This document shows positions 28,600 through 41,377 of a stretch of 64,000 bases of DNA, piece after piece. Source of the DNA: Eledone cirrhosa. Lineage: Eukaryota. The stretch covers positions 158,658,001 to 158,722,000 of the forward strand of contig OZ024741.1 of the NCBI GenBank assembly GCA_964016885.1, written 5' to 3'. The notes beneath the pieces are model-generated. The model saw only the letters and a list, made by a program, of their open reading frames with translations. It was not told where the DNA came from and ran no database searches. Position 1 is the first letter of the stretch. The number at the start of each line of letters is the position of its first letter. The translations under genes were made by a program, and so were the position numbers.

Positions 28600-30369
28600 G
28601 GTGTTTGAATGATAGGAGCCTACAGCCCTGTCATGTTACAGCTCATGTCTATATGTTCACTGGCTTTCTACAAGGTTGTATCTTATAGGAGGTTTCTTAG
28701 GTGTTTTAATCCTTTAGCATTTACGTTATTCTATATTTTCTATTGTATTTTCACAGTAAAGGCTTTATCTTACATTCTCACTTAATATCGAATCTACAAG
28801 ATTTTGATGTTATTTATTTTGAGAACAATACCTTAATGTAAGTATGAATGGCCAGTTACAGCCAGTTTAAATAGAAAGAGGTGAGAGAATTCTGGCTGAA
28901 CATAGCCAGTTTAAATGCTAAAAGGTTAATGATAGGAACCTACAGTCCTCTCACATTACAGCTCATGTCTATATGTTCTGCTGGCTTCCTATAATGATAG
29001 AGGCCTTTGTCATATCATGCAAAGCAACATGAAATGAAGCCTCTTGCCCAAGAACACAGTGTACTGTACAATTGAGGGGAGAGGGTGGGTACCTATTATG
29101 AACATTTTAACTGACGATTTTCCCATCTGCTAAAATATATTAAGAATTTGGGCCTATCCAAAAAGAAACCAATATCAAGATGAAATTATGATACAAATTC
29201 TTATGGGAATCTAATTAATAAAATCAGAAATACAAGTAGCTTTGTTTTGTTGTTGTTTTCTCATTCCAAAAACTATTTAAAATGATTTAACAGAATAATA
29301 AAAAACAAAACAAGAATGTTTTTTTTCTTCTCTTTCCTTCTAACAAAATAAAACCACAAGTGTTTTATTTCTTTCCGTTTTTTCCAGTCTGTAGTTTAAA
29401 TCCTTATTTCTCCCTATGTAAGGAATTCATTATATGGTAAAGGCGTTGGCATGTTGAGAACATAGCTGTGATAAAAATAAAACCAATATTATATATATAA
29501 AACAAAGGCACTAAAACATTTTGTGTGTTGGCTGTAATTCAACATAAAATCAGATTTAGCCTACTTGGGTAGAAATTAAATTTAATTAAAAACAAAAAAC
29601 AACTGGTATTTCGAGCAACTTTGATTTAATATCATATTTCTACTATAATCTGACACTTTCCATATCACCTACAACTGCTGATTGTATTGGTGGTGAGGTT
29701 GATGATGATGGTGGGGATGATGGGGATGGTGTAGTGGTAGTGGTGCTGGTGGTGGTAATGATGGTATTAGTGATGATGTTGGTGGGCTGGTTGTGGTAGT
29801 GGTGATGATGGACATGGTGGTGGTGACGGTGTTATTGTGGTGGAGGAGGTAGTTGGTGATGGTAGTAGTTGTTTTTATGGTTGGTGTTGGTGGGTTTGGT
29901 TGAAGATGGTGGTGGTGGTAGTGGTTTGTGTTGATGAAGGTGGTGGTGGTGGTGGTTGCAACCATGAATAAATTGATTACATATTAGCACTCAGTTGATA
30001 TTCAGTTGACTACACTGTTTTTAAATCTGATTAATTCATCTAATTTATTCTATTAATTAGTGAGTAATAATTTCTGGCTTTATTCCTATATAAGAAATTA
30101 TTATTAGTCTTATTTTTATTGTGGGTTGTTACAGCCAGCATTACTGAGCACAGCTTTGTGTGCCTTCGGTATGTGCAGCGTGTTTTTGGTGTTGTTTTTT
30201 ATTGTATAGAAAGTACTCTTTGTAATATGTGTGCAGTATCTACTAGTGTTTTTTTCTGTATGATGTATATATTTGTAGGTCCTGGGGTTTTGGTTATGTA
30301 TATGTCTGTATTTTTTTAGCATTCCCAGAGCACCTATATATTATTGTTATAATTATTATTTTTGTTATT

Positions 30370-30935
30370 ATCAAAAAGTTATGGCACTTTACATTCTGTG
30401 TTCAAATCCACCGAGGTTAGCTTTGTCTTTCATCCTTATGGGTTGATAAATAAAGTATCAGTAATGCACTGGGGTCGATTTAATCGACTTTCCCCTCTGC
30501 CAAAATTTGGTGGCCTTGTGCCTAAAGCAGAAGGTAGAATGGCAGTATCGGTAGAGCGTCGGACAACGTGCTTCACAGCATAGAGTTACAGTTCTTTACG
30601 TTCTGAGTTCAAATCCTGTCGAGATTAGCTTCGCTTTTATCCTTATATGGGTTGATAAATAAAGTACCAGTAATGCACTGGGTAATTTCTGGCCTTGTGC
30701 CAAAAGTAGAAACAATTGTTATTATTGTGAATTAGCAGTATAGGTAGAGCTTTGGACACCATGCCTTGTAGCACATAGTTACATCACTTTGTGATCTGAG
30801 TTCAAATCCTGGCAAGGTTAGATTTGCTTTTCATCCTTACAAGGTTGATAAAATAAAGTACCAGTAATGCATTGGGGGTCAATTTCCCCTCCCCTGAGAT
30901 TGTTAGCCTTGTGCCTAAATCAGAAACTATTATTA
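30370..30935 (+). mobile_element. Tandem SINE family B array ending ~50 bp before integrin exon A
   Basis: Three head-to-tail copies of the same consensus; other arrays at 21570-22200 and 27452-27895. Confidence 0.85.
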
Positions 30936-30985
30936 TTATATAAACAAATATTATCTATTTATGTGTTATTTTCTTGAAATTTCAG

Positions 30986-31089
30986 ATTAATTGTAGGTGC
31001 ACCAAAGTTTCAAGACACACGGGTCCATGGGAAAATATTTAATTGTTCTGTAACACACACTGGTCCTTGCCAACCGATTGATGTTTCCT
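30986..31089 (+). CDS. Integrin alpha subunit, internal exon A (blade 1: LIVGAPKFQDTRVHGKIFNCSVTHTGPCQPIDVS)
   Basis: tttcag acceptor and gtaagt donor. Encodes the LxVGAP...G.I..C......C pattern of the first FG-GAP repeat. Phase 2 in, phase 1 out, compatible with the next exon. Confidence 0.92.
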
Positions 31090-31258
31090 GTAAGTTGATT
31101 ATTATCAGTCTTTATTACAGTTTTTGTTTTATGTTGACTGAAGTAATACATACATAACATGCATGCATTGCATTACATTACATACATATACATATATACA
31201 TAGATATGTACATAAATTCATTCATACACACACACACACACATATATATATATGTATA

Positions 31259-31372
<114 letters not shown>

Positions 31373-31475
31373 ATTATATATATATAATTATATCTAGTAA
31401 TAATAATAAATGTGAAGACTAAAATCCGAAGCAGCGATTCTTTGCTTAAACTTTAAATTGTTATTTTAATAAATA

Positions 31476-31524
<49 letters not shown>

Positions 31525-32340
31525 TTTTCCATTTATTAATATTATTGATATTAATGATACTCCAGATAAAATCTGTTGAGTGCTTCTAATCTGTTGTAAA
31601 GTTAACTTTGTTGAATAATCAACAAACCAAATAACTCATTGTTTATATATATACATATATATATATATGAAGTAATAACAAAAAACAACAAAACAAATGG
31701 CACAGTACATAGAAGAAATATATTTGTTTAACACTTGAAATAGCAGCAAGAGAGTCTTCACATTTCGGACACTAGTCCTTCATCAGAAGATAGTTAGAAA
31801 TAAAAGGTAAATAGAAAGTAACGAGTGATGAGAGGAAGGAATGTGGAAAATGAGGGAAAAAAAATTGGCGAGAAAAAAAACGTACACATGTGTACTATTG
31901 TAATATATATATAGTTTCACACTGTAAATGTCCTTGGTGTTAAGAAGGGCATCCTGCTGTTAAAATCTCTTCCAAAATACAGTTCCATTTGAGCCATGTA
32001 CAGCATGGCTAACTGGCCAGATGTGTCTCATAATGGGGCCACTCATTTTCACACTGTAATCATAGTTGGTGGTAGGATGGGCATCCAGCAGCTGTAAAAA
32101 ACCAGCCTAGACATGGCTCCTCTATGAACGAGGTATGACACGGTCAACTGGCCAGTCCTCCCTCATAATGGACCACCCATTGTGTGGTTGGGTTTTGCCT
32201 ACCACAATTTTCAATTTGTCAAGCTATTTAAACGTATTATTACTCTAAGGACCTACCCTTATTGAGTGCTTTGCTAACTCATTCGTTATTGTAGGTCGAC
32301 TTTGTTTGGCCACAGCCAAGCTTCGATTTTACTAAGTTTC

Positions 32341-32394
<54 letters not shown>

Positions 32395-32485
32395 GTATTT
32401 CCGTAGGAAAGGTAAAGGAAAAGAGAGTGCTCTATGTAGGCTACAGAGCTTTTTAGTTATGTAATAAACAACATAAGATAATTAT

Positions 32486-32543
32486 TTCATTTACCAGTGG
32501 TTTCTTGAAGACATTTATCTCTGTCTTCATTCATCAGAAAAAA
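32486..32543 (-). ncRNA. Hammerhead motif (family 2), inverted copy of 34703-34760
   Basis: Reverse complement: tttttt-CTGATGA-atgaagaca...tgtcttcaa-GAAAC-cactg-GTA-aatgaa. Confidence 0.6.
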
Positions 32544-33283
32544 TATTTATTTATGAAGGCGCATGGCTTAGTGGTTAGAGCATTGGGTTGCAATCGAAAG
32601 GTTGTGAGTTCAATTCTCAGACCGGTTGATGTGTTGTTTCCTTGAGCAAGACAATTTTTTTTCACATTGCTCCAGTTTACTCAGCTGTAGAAATGAGATG
32701 ATAGGACTGGGGTCCCTATCATTCCACTGCAAAGTGGTCGTGGAGGTGCCACGGCAAAAAAGTACCCAGCCCTCACTGTAAATGAGGTAGGTGTTAGGAA
32801 GGGCATCCAGCTGTAGAAATCAAGCCAGAATCAGTTCCCGTCCCACCCTTGCAAGCAGGGAAAAGCGGACGTAAAATGATGATGAAGTAGTAATATGGAT
32901 TTGAAAACAGAGTATAGGATAAATGAAAATGAGGCTGAAATAAAATAACGGGCAAAATTTGAGGGGAAAAAAATTAATAAATAAATATCCAAATACATAC
33001 ACATACACAAACTCACTCATATACGTAATAGAACGTAAACATATACATTCACACATAAATATATGTGCGTCTGCATGGATTTACAAATACACACATATAC
33101 GCGTGTGATCTGTCATTCACATATGCGCAACAATACATTGGGAAGTAGTTGGGGGACCAGATATAAATAAATAAAATCAAAAATCAAGGATAGGAAATGA
33201 AATTTTATTTCCTATCCTTGATTTTTGATTTTTGAAAAATCAATCTGTGAACGCAGAAGTAAATAATTCGAAAAAACGTTACA

Positions 33284-33323
<40 letters not shown>

Positions 33324-33725
33324 TATATATACATACACACACACACATATAGCGTCATAATGTTGTAATGCAGACAGCTAGACATACAGACAGATATGAT
33401 GGTGCAACGTTATATCTATGTATCTATCTAAAAAGTAAGACTAAGAATTATAGAGATAGATCGCTAAATCGCCTAATGTGGACCCTAGGGCATTGAAAAT
33501 TTGAAAACATTTTTTGCTCAAAACACTCACAGGACCATAAGTATTACATGTGTAAAGTTTGTTATGAGCAGTACCTGAAAAGTCACATAAGCTGACAGAC
33601 AATCTAACTCATACAAGAATAGAAAATAGACATCAAATGGTGACGATATACACATGCATGCACACACACACACACATATGTAATATATGTAATATATTTA
33701 TGTATGTGTGTGTGTATATATATAT

Positions 33726-33757
<32 letters not shown>

Positions 33758-33851
33758 GAAGTATTTCCGTCGGAAAGGTACAGGAAAAAAGAGTGCTCTA
33801 TGTAGGCTACAGAGCTTATTAGTTATGTAATAAACAACATAAGATAATTAT

Positions 33852-33913
33852 TTCATTTACCAGTGGTTTCTTGAAGGCAGATATTTATATCTGTCTTCAG
33901 TCGTCAGAATGAA
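33852..33913 (-). ncRNA. Type I hammerhead ribozyme motif (family 2), inverted mate
   Basis: Reverse complement reads ttcatt-CTGACGA-ctgaagacagatataaatatctgccttcaa-GAAAC-cactg-GTA-aatgaa. Confidence 0.75.
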
Positions 33914-33981
33914 TAAATAACATGGTGTTTTTATTAAATATTTTTCCAAATCCATATTTAATAAAAACACCATGTTATTTA

Positions 33982-34037
33982 TTCATTCTGATGACTGAAG
34001 ACAGAATATCTGCTTCAAGAAACCACTGGTAAATGAA
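33982..34037 (+). ncRNA. Type I hammerhead ribozyme motif (family 2)
   Basis: ttcatt-CTGATGA-ctgaag...cttcaa-GAAAC-cactg-GTA-aatgaa. 6-bp stem I, stem III ACC/GGT, GUA cleavage triplet; first stem II pair is mismatched. Confidence 0.75.
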
Positions 34038-34702
34038 ATAATTATATTATGTTGTTTATTACATAAATATATATATATACACATGCACAACAGAGGTCCA
34101 GAGTCGGGCGAGATCGATACAGATCGAATCACACGAGCTGATCAGTAGTGAAATGCGCATCACCAACCAATAAACGTAGGGAAGGAGTAACCATTCGTCT
34201 TTGTATTATTGGCCTTGTGCCAAAAGTAGAAACAATTATATATATAGATATGTGTATGTGTGTGTGTGTGCGCGGACGTGTGTATTCGTGTATATGTGTA
34301 CGCGTGGGTATGCATTTGTGCAAACACATGCAATCGCATGATCGCTAACATGTATACATGTACGAATGCACATATATGACATATCCTCACTTACGAATGG
34401 TCCTACACTAGCTAGCGCATACTGATGTACGCATACTGGATGCCCTTCCTAACACCTACATCATTTACAGTGAGTGCTGGGTACTTTTTTGCCGTGGCAC
34501 CTCCACGACCACTTTGCAGTGGAATGATATGGACCCCAGTCCTATCATCTCATTTCTACAGCTGAGTAAACTGGAGCAATGTGAAAAAAAATTGTCTTGC
34601 TCAAGGAAACAACACATCAACCGGTCTGAGAATTGAACTCACAACCTTTCGATTGCAACCTAATGCTCTAACCACTAAGCCATGCGCCTTCATAAATAAA
34701 TA

Positions 34703-34760
34703 TTTTTTCTGATGAATGAAGACAGAGATAAATGTTTTCAAGAAACCACTGGTAAATGAA
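34703..34760 (+). ncRNA. Hammerhead motif (family 2), weakened stem I
   Basis: tttttt-CTGATGA-atgaagacag...tgttttcaa-GAAAC-cactg-GTA-aatgaa. Confidence 0.6.
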
Positions 34761-34854
34761 ATAATTATCTTATGTTGTTTATTACATAACTAAAAAGCTC
34801 TGTAGCCTACATAGAGCACTCTCTTTTCCTTTACCTTTCCTACAGAAATACTTC

Positions 34855-34902
<48 letters not shown>

Positions 34903-35781
34903 GTATATATATATATGTGTGTGTGTGTATATATATGTGTGTGTGTGTGTGTATATATATACAAGTGGAAGCTTAGTAAAATCGAAGCTTGGCTGTGGCC
35001 AAGCAAAGTCGACCTACAATAACGAATGAGTTAGCAAAGCACTCAAAAAGGGTAGGTCCTTAGAGTAATAACACGTTTAAATAGCTTGACAAATTGAAAA
35101 TTGTGGTAGCCAACACCCAACCACACAATACCAAAGTAACGAAAGAGCTAACAGGTTAAAAAACAGACCTGGACAAATCGAGCGATATTCTGCAATATGT
35201 CCGGATGTGTTTTTATGAATCCGAAATCATCTATCCAACTTACGTAACACGTAAGCTCATGGTATTCCATGATCGAACAGGGGATTCATTTCATCAACAG
35301 GGATTCCGTTCTACTGCTTCAAAATGGTGTGAATCAAACTAAATGCGACTGCTACAGAAGACAGCCTTCAAACATTTCATTGTCACGTATTATTTCCAAC
35401 AAGGGAAGCAACCCCCGGTTTTCAAAGTGTTAACAAAGGAAATAATATTTCCCCTCAACATTCCAAATAAAAGCTATATATATATATATAGTAATAATAA
35501 TAAATCAGAAGATCCTGTTAAGGGTGAAAGCAGCGATTCTTTGCTTAAACGTTAATCTGTTATTTTAATAATTATTATATATATATATATATATTTATTT
35601 AGGTTTGAAGGTTCACCACTGGATAGAGTTGGTCATTCCGTATGGTCAATCTTGATGTAATAATATGGAGAGTACTCAACGTAAAACAGCTCAACCGTCT
35701 TCGTTTGTGTAGTGGGTGGTGCGAGTACATAGTTAATTATTATAATAAAAATAACAGGAGGCTGGACTTGAAAGGTTTATT

Positions 35782-35839
35782 ATACTATGATCATTTCAAT
35801 GACCGGGTTCTGTATGAATCCGGTGATATCATCAGGTAT
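35782..35839 (-). ncRNA. Minimal type I hammerhead motif (family 3)
   Basis: Reverse complement: atac-CTGATGA-tatcaccggattc/gaacccggtcatt-GAAA-tgatca-TA-gtat, followed by aataaa. Palindromic loop III TGATCA. Confidence 0.7.
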
Positions 35840-35947
35840 TCGAAATATAATAAATGAATGTAACAGATAAAATCCATGGGACTGAAAATCATAGACCCGA
35901 GGACGACCGGCCATCTAGCATCTTCCACTTTAGCCAGTCACCCTCAA

Positions 35948-35982
<35 letters not shown>

Positions 35983-38163
35983 TGAAAAATGGTGAGCTGT
36001 GTTGTTGCAAATAGGATATATATAATAAATGAAGAATTAGAAATAGAAGCCAGGAATATCCATCATCAGTGGTCTACTAGCCATCATAGGTATTTCTTCG
36101 CATTACAGACCATATACCTCAAGCTAGGGTGATACAATAACTAAATTAAGTTATTTGGATAAAAAGAGTTGGGTGGAGAAAGAGAGACAGGTAAATAAAC
36201 ACGAATGGTGAGGCAACGTAAAGAGAGGAAAAAATGAGAAAATCAAGTCAATAATTCATTTTGAACCTAAGAACTTGCGAATATTGACGAGAAGGCAAAG
36301 ACACATCTTGGCCATGCGGATGTGAGCGAGGAAAGAATCTCGTACGGTGTGGGACGATGGAGGAAGTGAGAGAGAGGGTGAGTGAGTGAAAGTGTGAGGA
36401 AGAGGTTAGCCGAGAGAGAGGGTGACTAGCAGAGGAGGTGAGTGAAAGTAAGAGGGAGAAGGGGGAGAGAGAAAGAGGATAGCAGTAAGGGAAGAGAAAA
36501 AGACAGGTCACAGCGAAGGGGAAAGCATATATGAATGAAAAATGGCGAGCTGTGTTGTTGAAAATAGGATATATATACACACACATACACCCACACACAC
36601 ACACACACACATATATACATATATACATATATATACACATTACATGTATGTATACATAATTGGTAATCTGAAACATCCTAAAGGCAAATTGCTATACATT
36701 AGTTAATTTCTGTCTGCCCTCTACTAACCAAAGTATCACTGCCACTGTCATATACGAAACCTTTATTCGAATATTTCACCATTTACTTTTACTCAAACCA
36801 TCATTTGTTTTTCCACATGAATTTCTTTAAACCTATGACATATGTTGACAAATACAGTATGGACTTAATTACACCCTCAGAAACTTAATTATAAGTTCCC
36901 AAATCAACCTGATCAGATACAGAATTTGAAGGAAACTGTTACATGGCTGGCTGGATTTATTTCCTAGGCCCTGGAAACTTTGATAAATGTTTTCTTCTTT
37001 CGCCTTAGGCAGACCAATACCTTATGGGTGAAATATGGCAACTGGAAATTGAGCAGAAATCCATTATAGATATATATATAAACAACATTTGTTTTCGCTC
37101 TAAACATGGTGGATACCTAAATGTATTTGTGAGTGAATAATAATTATATTATAATAATATCATAATATTAGTAATATTCGGTTTGTTTGCAACCAAACAG
37201 CCTCATAAACACCATGTGTTAGATGACAACTTCATCTTTTTGTACCAGCAGTAACTGAGAGAAATAATCAACAATTGTTTCAGAGTGTTTTGCTCCTTAT
37301 CAAGATTGTGTATTCTGCTCGCTGCTACCCACTGGAACTGCTGAGAATACATAGTATTCTCAAATGTATACACTGGCTGATTAGCCTCATTTGCATACCA
37401 ATCGATTTTACAGCTGGCTTTGCCAAAAATTAAAATAAAAAAATTTGTTTCGCTCTTAATTTGGGGGATATCTAAATGTATTGGTGAGTGAATAATAATA
37501 ATATAATAATATCATATTATTATTAATATTAGGTTTGTTGCAAGGAAACGGTCTCATAGACACCACATTTTCCCTGCTAGCAAGGGTGGGACAGGTCTAC
37601 ATAGATCAAGTCAGTCAGTACAGAAGTGGTGACTACTGATCTACTAGAGAAGCCAAGGATCTGTCGTCTTCCTAATATATTTGTATGTATATGTATGTGT
37701 GTATATATATATAAATAATGTGAGGGCACATGGTTTAGTGGTTAGAGCATTGGGCTTGCAATCGAAAGGTTGTGAGTTCAATTCTCGGACCGGGTGATGT
37801 GTTGTTTCCTTGAGCAAGAGACTTTATTTCACATTGCTCCAGTTTACTCAGCTGTAGAAATGAGATGATAGGACTGGGGTCCCTATCATTCCACTGCAAA
37901 GTGGTCGTGGAGGTGCCACGGCAAAAAAGTACCCAGCCCACACTGTAAAGTGGACGTATAGGCGCCACAGAAAAAAACCACCCAGCACTCACTGTAAATG
38001 AGGTTGGTGTTAGGAACGGCATCCAGCTGTAGAAATCAAGCCAGAATCAGTTCCCGTATGAACAAGACAAGGTCAGCCGACCGGACACTGCCCACAACAG
38101 GACAACCCGTCTAACCCATGCGAGCATGGAAGATCAGACATAAAATGGTGATGATGATGATGA

Positions 38164-38200
<37 letters not shown>

Positions 38201-38444
38201 TTTTCTGTAATTACTACAACAGAGGTCTGACGAGCATTTGATTTCATAGTCGGGCTAGATCAATACAGATCGAACCTTGTGCTAATCAATAGCAAAACGT
38301 GCATCATTACACAATAAATGTAATGAAGACATAACAAATCATCCTATTTATTATTATTATTATTATTATAATAAAGGACGGTGGATTGGCAGTATCGGTA
38401 GAGAGTCAAACGCCATGCTTTCCAGTATAGAGTTACGTCCTTTA

Positions 38445-38902
38445 CGAGTTATCACCAAGTCACAACCAGTGACCTCAAGAGACAACAAGGTCCGCTATGT
38501 TCAAGAAAGAACATACACACGCATGCATCTTTAGGTGTTTAGACTTGTAATGTACTTATATTGACAGAATCTTCCTTAGTATATGGGCAGTTCCCATTAG
38601 TACTATCTTTTGAATTTCTTCTATACGCGGGTTTCCTGGGATTTGGGATAAGTAATCATTAGACCCCTTAGGTATCATTCCTAGAGCGCCTACAACCACT
38701 GGTATTGTTTTAGTTCTCAACTTCCACATTTTTCCAATTTCTATCTCTAGGTCTTTATACTTGCTCAATTTTTCAAATGTTTTTATAGATACATTCTTGT
38801 CTATTGGAACGAACATATCAATTAGCAGGCATACCCTCTTTTTAAAGTCCTTCAGTATTAAAGCAGGTTTATTAGCATCTATTTTTCGGTCTGTTTGGAT
38901 GC
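38445..38902 (-). mobile_element. R4/Dong-like LINE 3' fragment
   Basis: IQTDRKI.ANKP...LIDM.VP.D.N...K..EKLSKYKDLEIEI..MW...IPVVVGALG...QK.VL.GTAHILRK.L. Confidence 0.88.
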
Positions 38903-38904
38903 TA

Positions 38905-40660
38905 AAGTTCTTGTACGTATTGGCTCTCGAGCCGTTACTGCATAAACTGGGGGCGATGAGGGGCATCCCACGCGAACTAGGATGCGGGAAAGCCAAGTCG
39001 GCTTACGCCGACAACGTCACCGTGGTAGTGTTGAGAACCAGACACATCCAGATGCTTGGCACCGCTCTCAAGGAATACGAAGTGGTGACAGGAGCAAAGG
39101 TAAACCAGGAAAAGTCGGTGGGCTTGCAGCTTGGCACCTGGAGAGGTAAGTCCATGCCATCTGACAGCGTCGTGGGGCATTGGACAGAGGGACCGGTTAA
39201 ATTGCTTGGGGTCTGGTTCACACCAGACCTCCGGATGGAGAAAAACTGGAGCGAGGTGACGAGCAAGGTGGCCTCCCTCACCCAGAAATGGGCCGAGAGG
39301 AAGCTGTCCCTGAAAGGCCGGGCAGAGGTGGCGAATGCGTACATCGCATCCGTCATCTGCTACCGTCGCCCCTTGCCCCGGCCCAACTCTCACCAAAATG
39401 GAACGCCTCCTCTTCCCCTTTTTGTGGAAGGGACGCGCTCCCATGGTCAGACGATCCATCTGCTGTCAACACCCGTTGCGTGGAGGACTGGGCATGCCAT
39501 GGCTGATGATGCGCAAACATGCGCTGAGGCTGCGACATCTCTGGTGCTTTCTTCATGGTGAACAGATGTGGTCGCCGGTCACCAGGCACGTTTTCCCACA
39601 GCTCGTCTCCTTGACGGACCTGCAGTCCTGGGTGAGGAAAAGACCGAGGGATAGCGATTGGAAACTGGAATGTCTCTAGGCGCTCACCGACCTCTGCCAG
39701 CTGGGCACCAGTATCAGTGGAACATCCACCTCGGCGTTCTATAGAGGACTAGTGGAGGGGAAGAGCGACGACGTTCTCGGAGAGATCCTGGGCATCGAAG
39801 AAGATCAGCTATTTTCTCTCTTCCGGGAGAACTTTCAGCCCAGGGCCTATGGATAACTTCCAAAAATCCCTGGCCTAGCAGTGCTACCGGGGAGTGTTGC
39901 CGATTCGAGATAAGCTCTACAGGCACGGAAGTGCCGTCAGCCGAGCCTGTCGGAGATGCGCGCAGAGCGACGAAACCGTCGTGCATGCACTCGTTCAGTG
40001 CCCGAGCATTGCTGACTTGTGGAGCTATGTCGAACAGTTGCTGTCGCATGTAGGACTGATCCGGTTATCAACTGAGTTCATTGTGCAGATGGTCTCGCCA
40101 TCTTCCTTCGAGGAGGAAGGGCAGGCGGTTTTCATCTGCCTGGTGGCCATGGCGAAAGAGATTGTGTGGTGGACAAGGTTAAAAGGGTTAAAGACAAACA
40201 CTTTCCTCTTTGGCGAATCCCTAATTAACTTTTTGAATTTTCACTTGAAGAGGAAAATCAGGGTGGAGAGGCAAGTGCTGCCTTCTAGCAAGTTTGTTGA
40301 AAGGTGGGTGAATGTAGCGAGAATGGAACGAGTGAATATACGCCTGTAGTTTTAGAAATGGAAAAATTGAGAGAGGGCACTTGCCCTGGTGGTCAGGGTG
40401 GCCATGGTCTTTTGTGTGGTTTTCGCCACGAGTAACCCTCGGAGGTTTCCCCCCTATTGGGAAATTTTTCATTGTTTCAATTTCCATTTTTATTGTTTAT
40501 ATATATATATATGTTTCTATGTCTTTTTCTTTTTCTTTTATTATATAAATAATAAAAATCTTTACAAGCACAAAACCCACATTGTACCGTCCTGTATCGT
40601 CCTGTGCCGTCTGTAATGTTTTCTTGATGTCAGCCCTTGTGGCCAATAAAGAAATCTCTA
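38905..40660 (+). mobile_element. L1/Tx1-clade LINE 3' half, degenerate
   Basis: LYVLALEPL, AYADN, AKVN.EKS, LSLKGR, GGLG and C-terminal CRRC...ETVVHALVQC motifs; visibly GC-richer than its flanks; aataaa near 40645. Confidence 0.9.
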
Positions 40661-40699
40661 TTATTATTATCATTGTTCTTATTTTCCTTCATTATTGTT

Positions 40700-41145
40700 T
40701 CTGAGATATATGCCAAGTGTCTTCCCGACACCTAGGGCAAATAAATTCAGTGTGCATTGGTAAGCCAGTTAATACAGCACATTGATTATAATTTTTAAAA
40801 AACCCCAAAAAACTGTACATATATACTCATGTGCATATGCATATGTAAATACAAGGAGGGATATCAATCTTACAGAGATGTGCAGTACCAGTCAAAACAA
40901 TATTTTGCACCTCGTGCAGAGAGGGCAAACCAGGAATCATTCGCAGATATTGTTCTGTTCCTTTCTTGATCATACTCAGTCCTCCCACAATCACTGGTAT
41001 TGTAACCGCCCTGAGGTACCACATTTCCTCAATTTCAATAAGCAGATCTTTATATTTTCGTAGCTTGTCAAACTCTTTTGCCACGATGTTGTGATCACAT
41101 GGGATGCTCATATCTATCAACAAACAGACCTTGTTATGTTGATCT
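40700..41145 (-). mobile_element. R4/Dong-like LINE 3' fragment
   Basis: LIDMSIPCDHN...KEFDKL.KYKDLLIEIE.MW...IPVIVGGL...Q.IVLTGTAH. Confidence 0.85.
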
Positions 41146-41377
41146 GCATTGTGTACATTCTATAGAATTTATGCCAGCTCCAACAATTTGCAATAAACTA
41201 AAGTAAAGGCTTTAATGTATTACAGTCATAGTCTTGTTATATAGTTTTCAAGAATGTTTTGCCTGTGCAGTTTCATACGGTACAGGATATTAAGAGTTAA
41301 TTGTCAATTAGCCCAGTCAAGCTTGGTTAAGAGATACACACACATGCTTACATATACCTATCTATCTATCATTACAG

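Larger units (their letters stand above)
32179..35129. repeat. Inverted duplication, arms ~32179-32809 and ~34436-35129
   Basis: Same module order inverted (unique segment, TA tract, hammerhead element, SINE A) with few mismatches. Confidence 0.92.

Noticed and set aside
29669-29965. Thr/His/Pro-rich ORF
   Set aside because: Degenerate (GGT/GAT)n trinucleotide tract with no splice or homology support.
29389-30168. Possible micro-exons (AG...GT pairs near 29389-29436 and 30135-30168)
   Set aside because: Splicing them to exon A gives a stop or the wrong phase, and they show no integrin similarity.
31755-31790. Active hammerhead on the minus strand (tctt-CTGATGA-aggac/gtcc-GAAAT-GTG-aaga)
   Set aside because: The cleavage triplet would be GUG, which violates the NUH rule; kept only as a decayed remnant.
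38761-39561. 266-aa ORF as a host gene
   Set aside because: It is a chance fusion of the antisense of a Dong-like fragment with an L1-type RT fragment; YADD has decayed to YADN and a frameshift follows.
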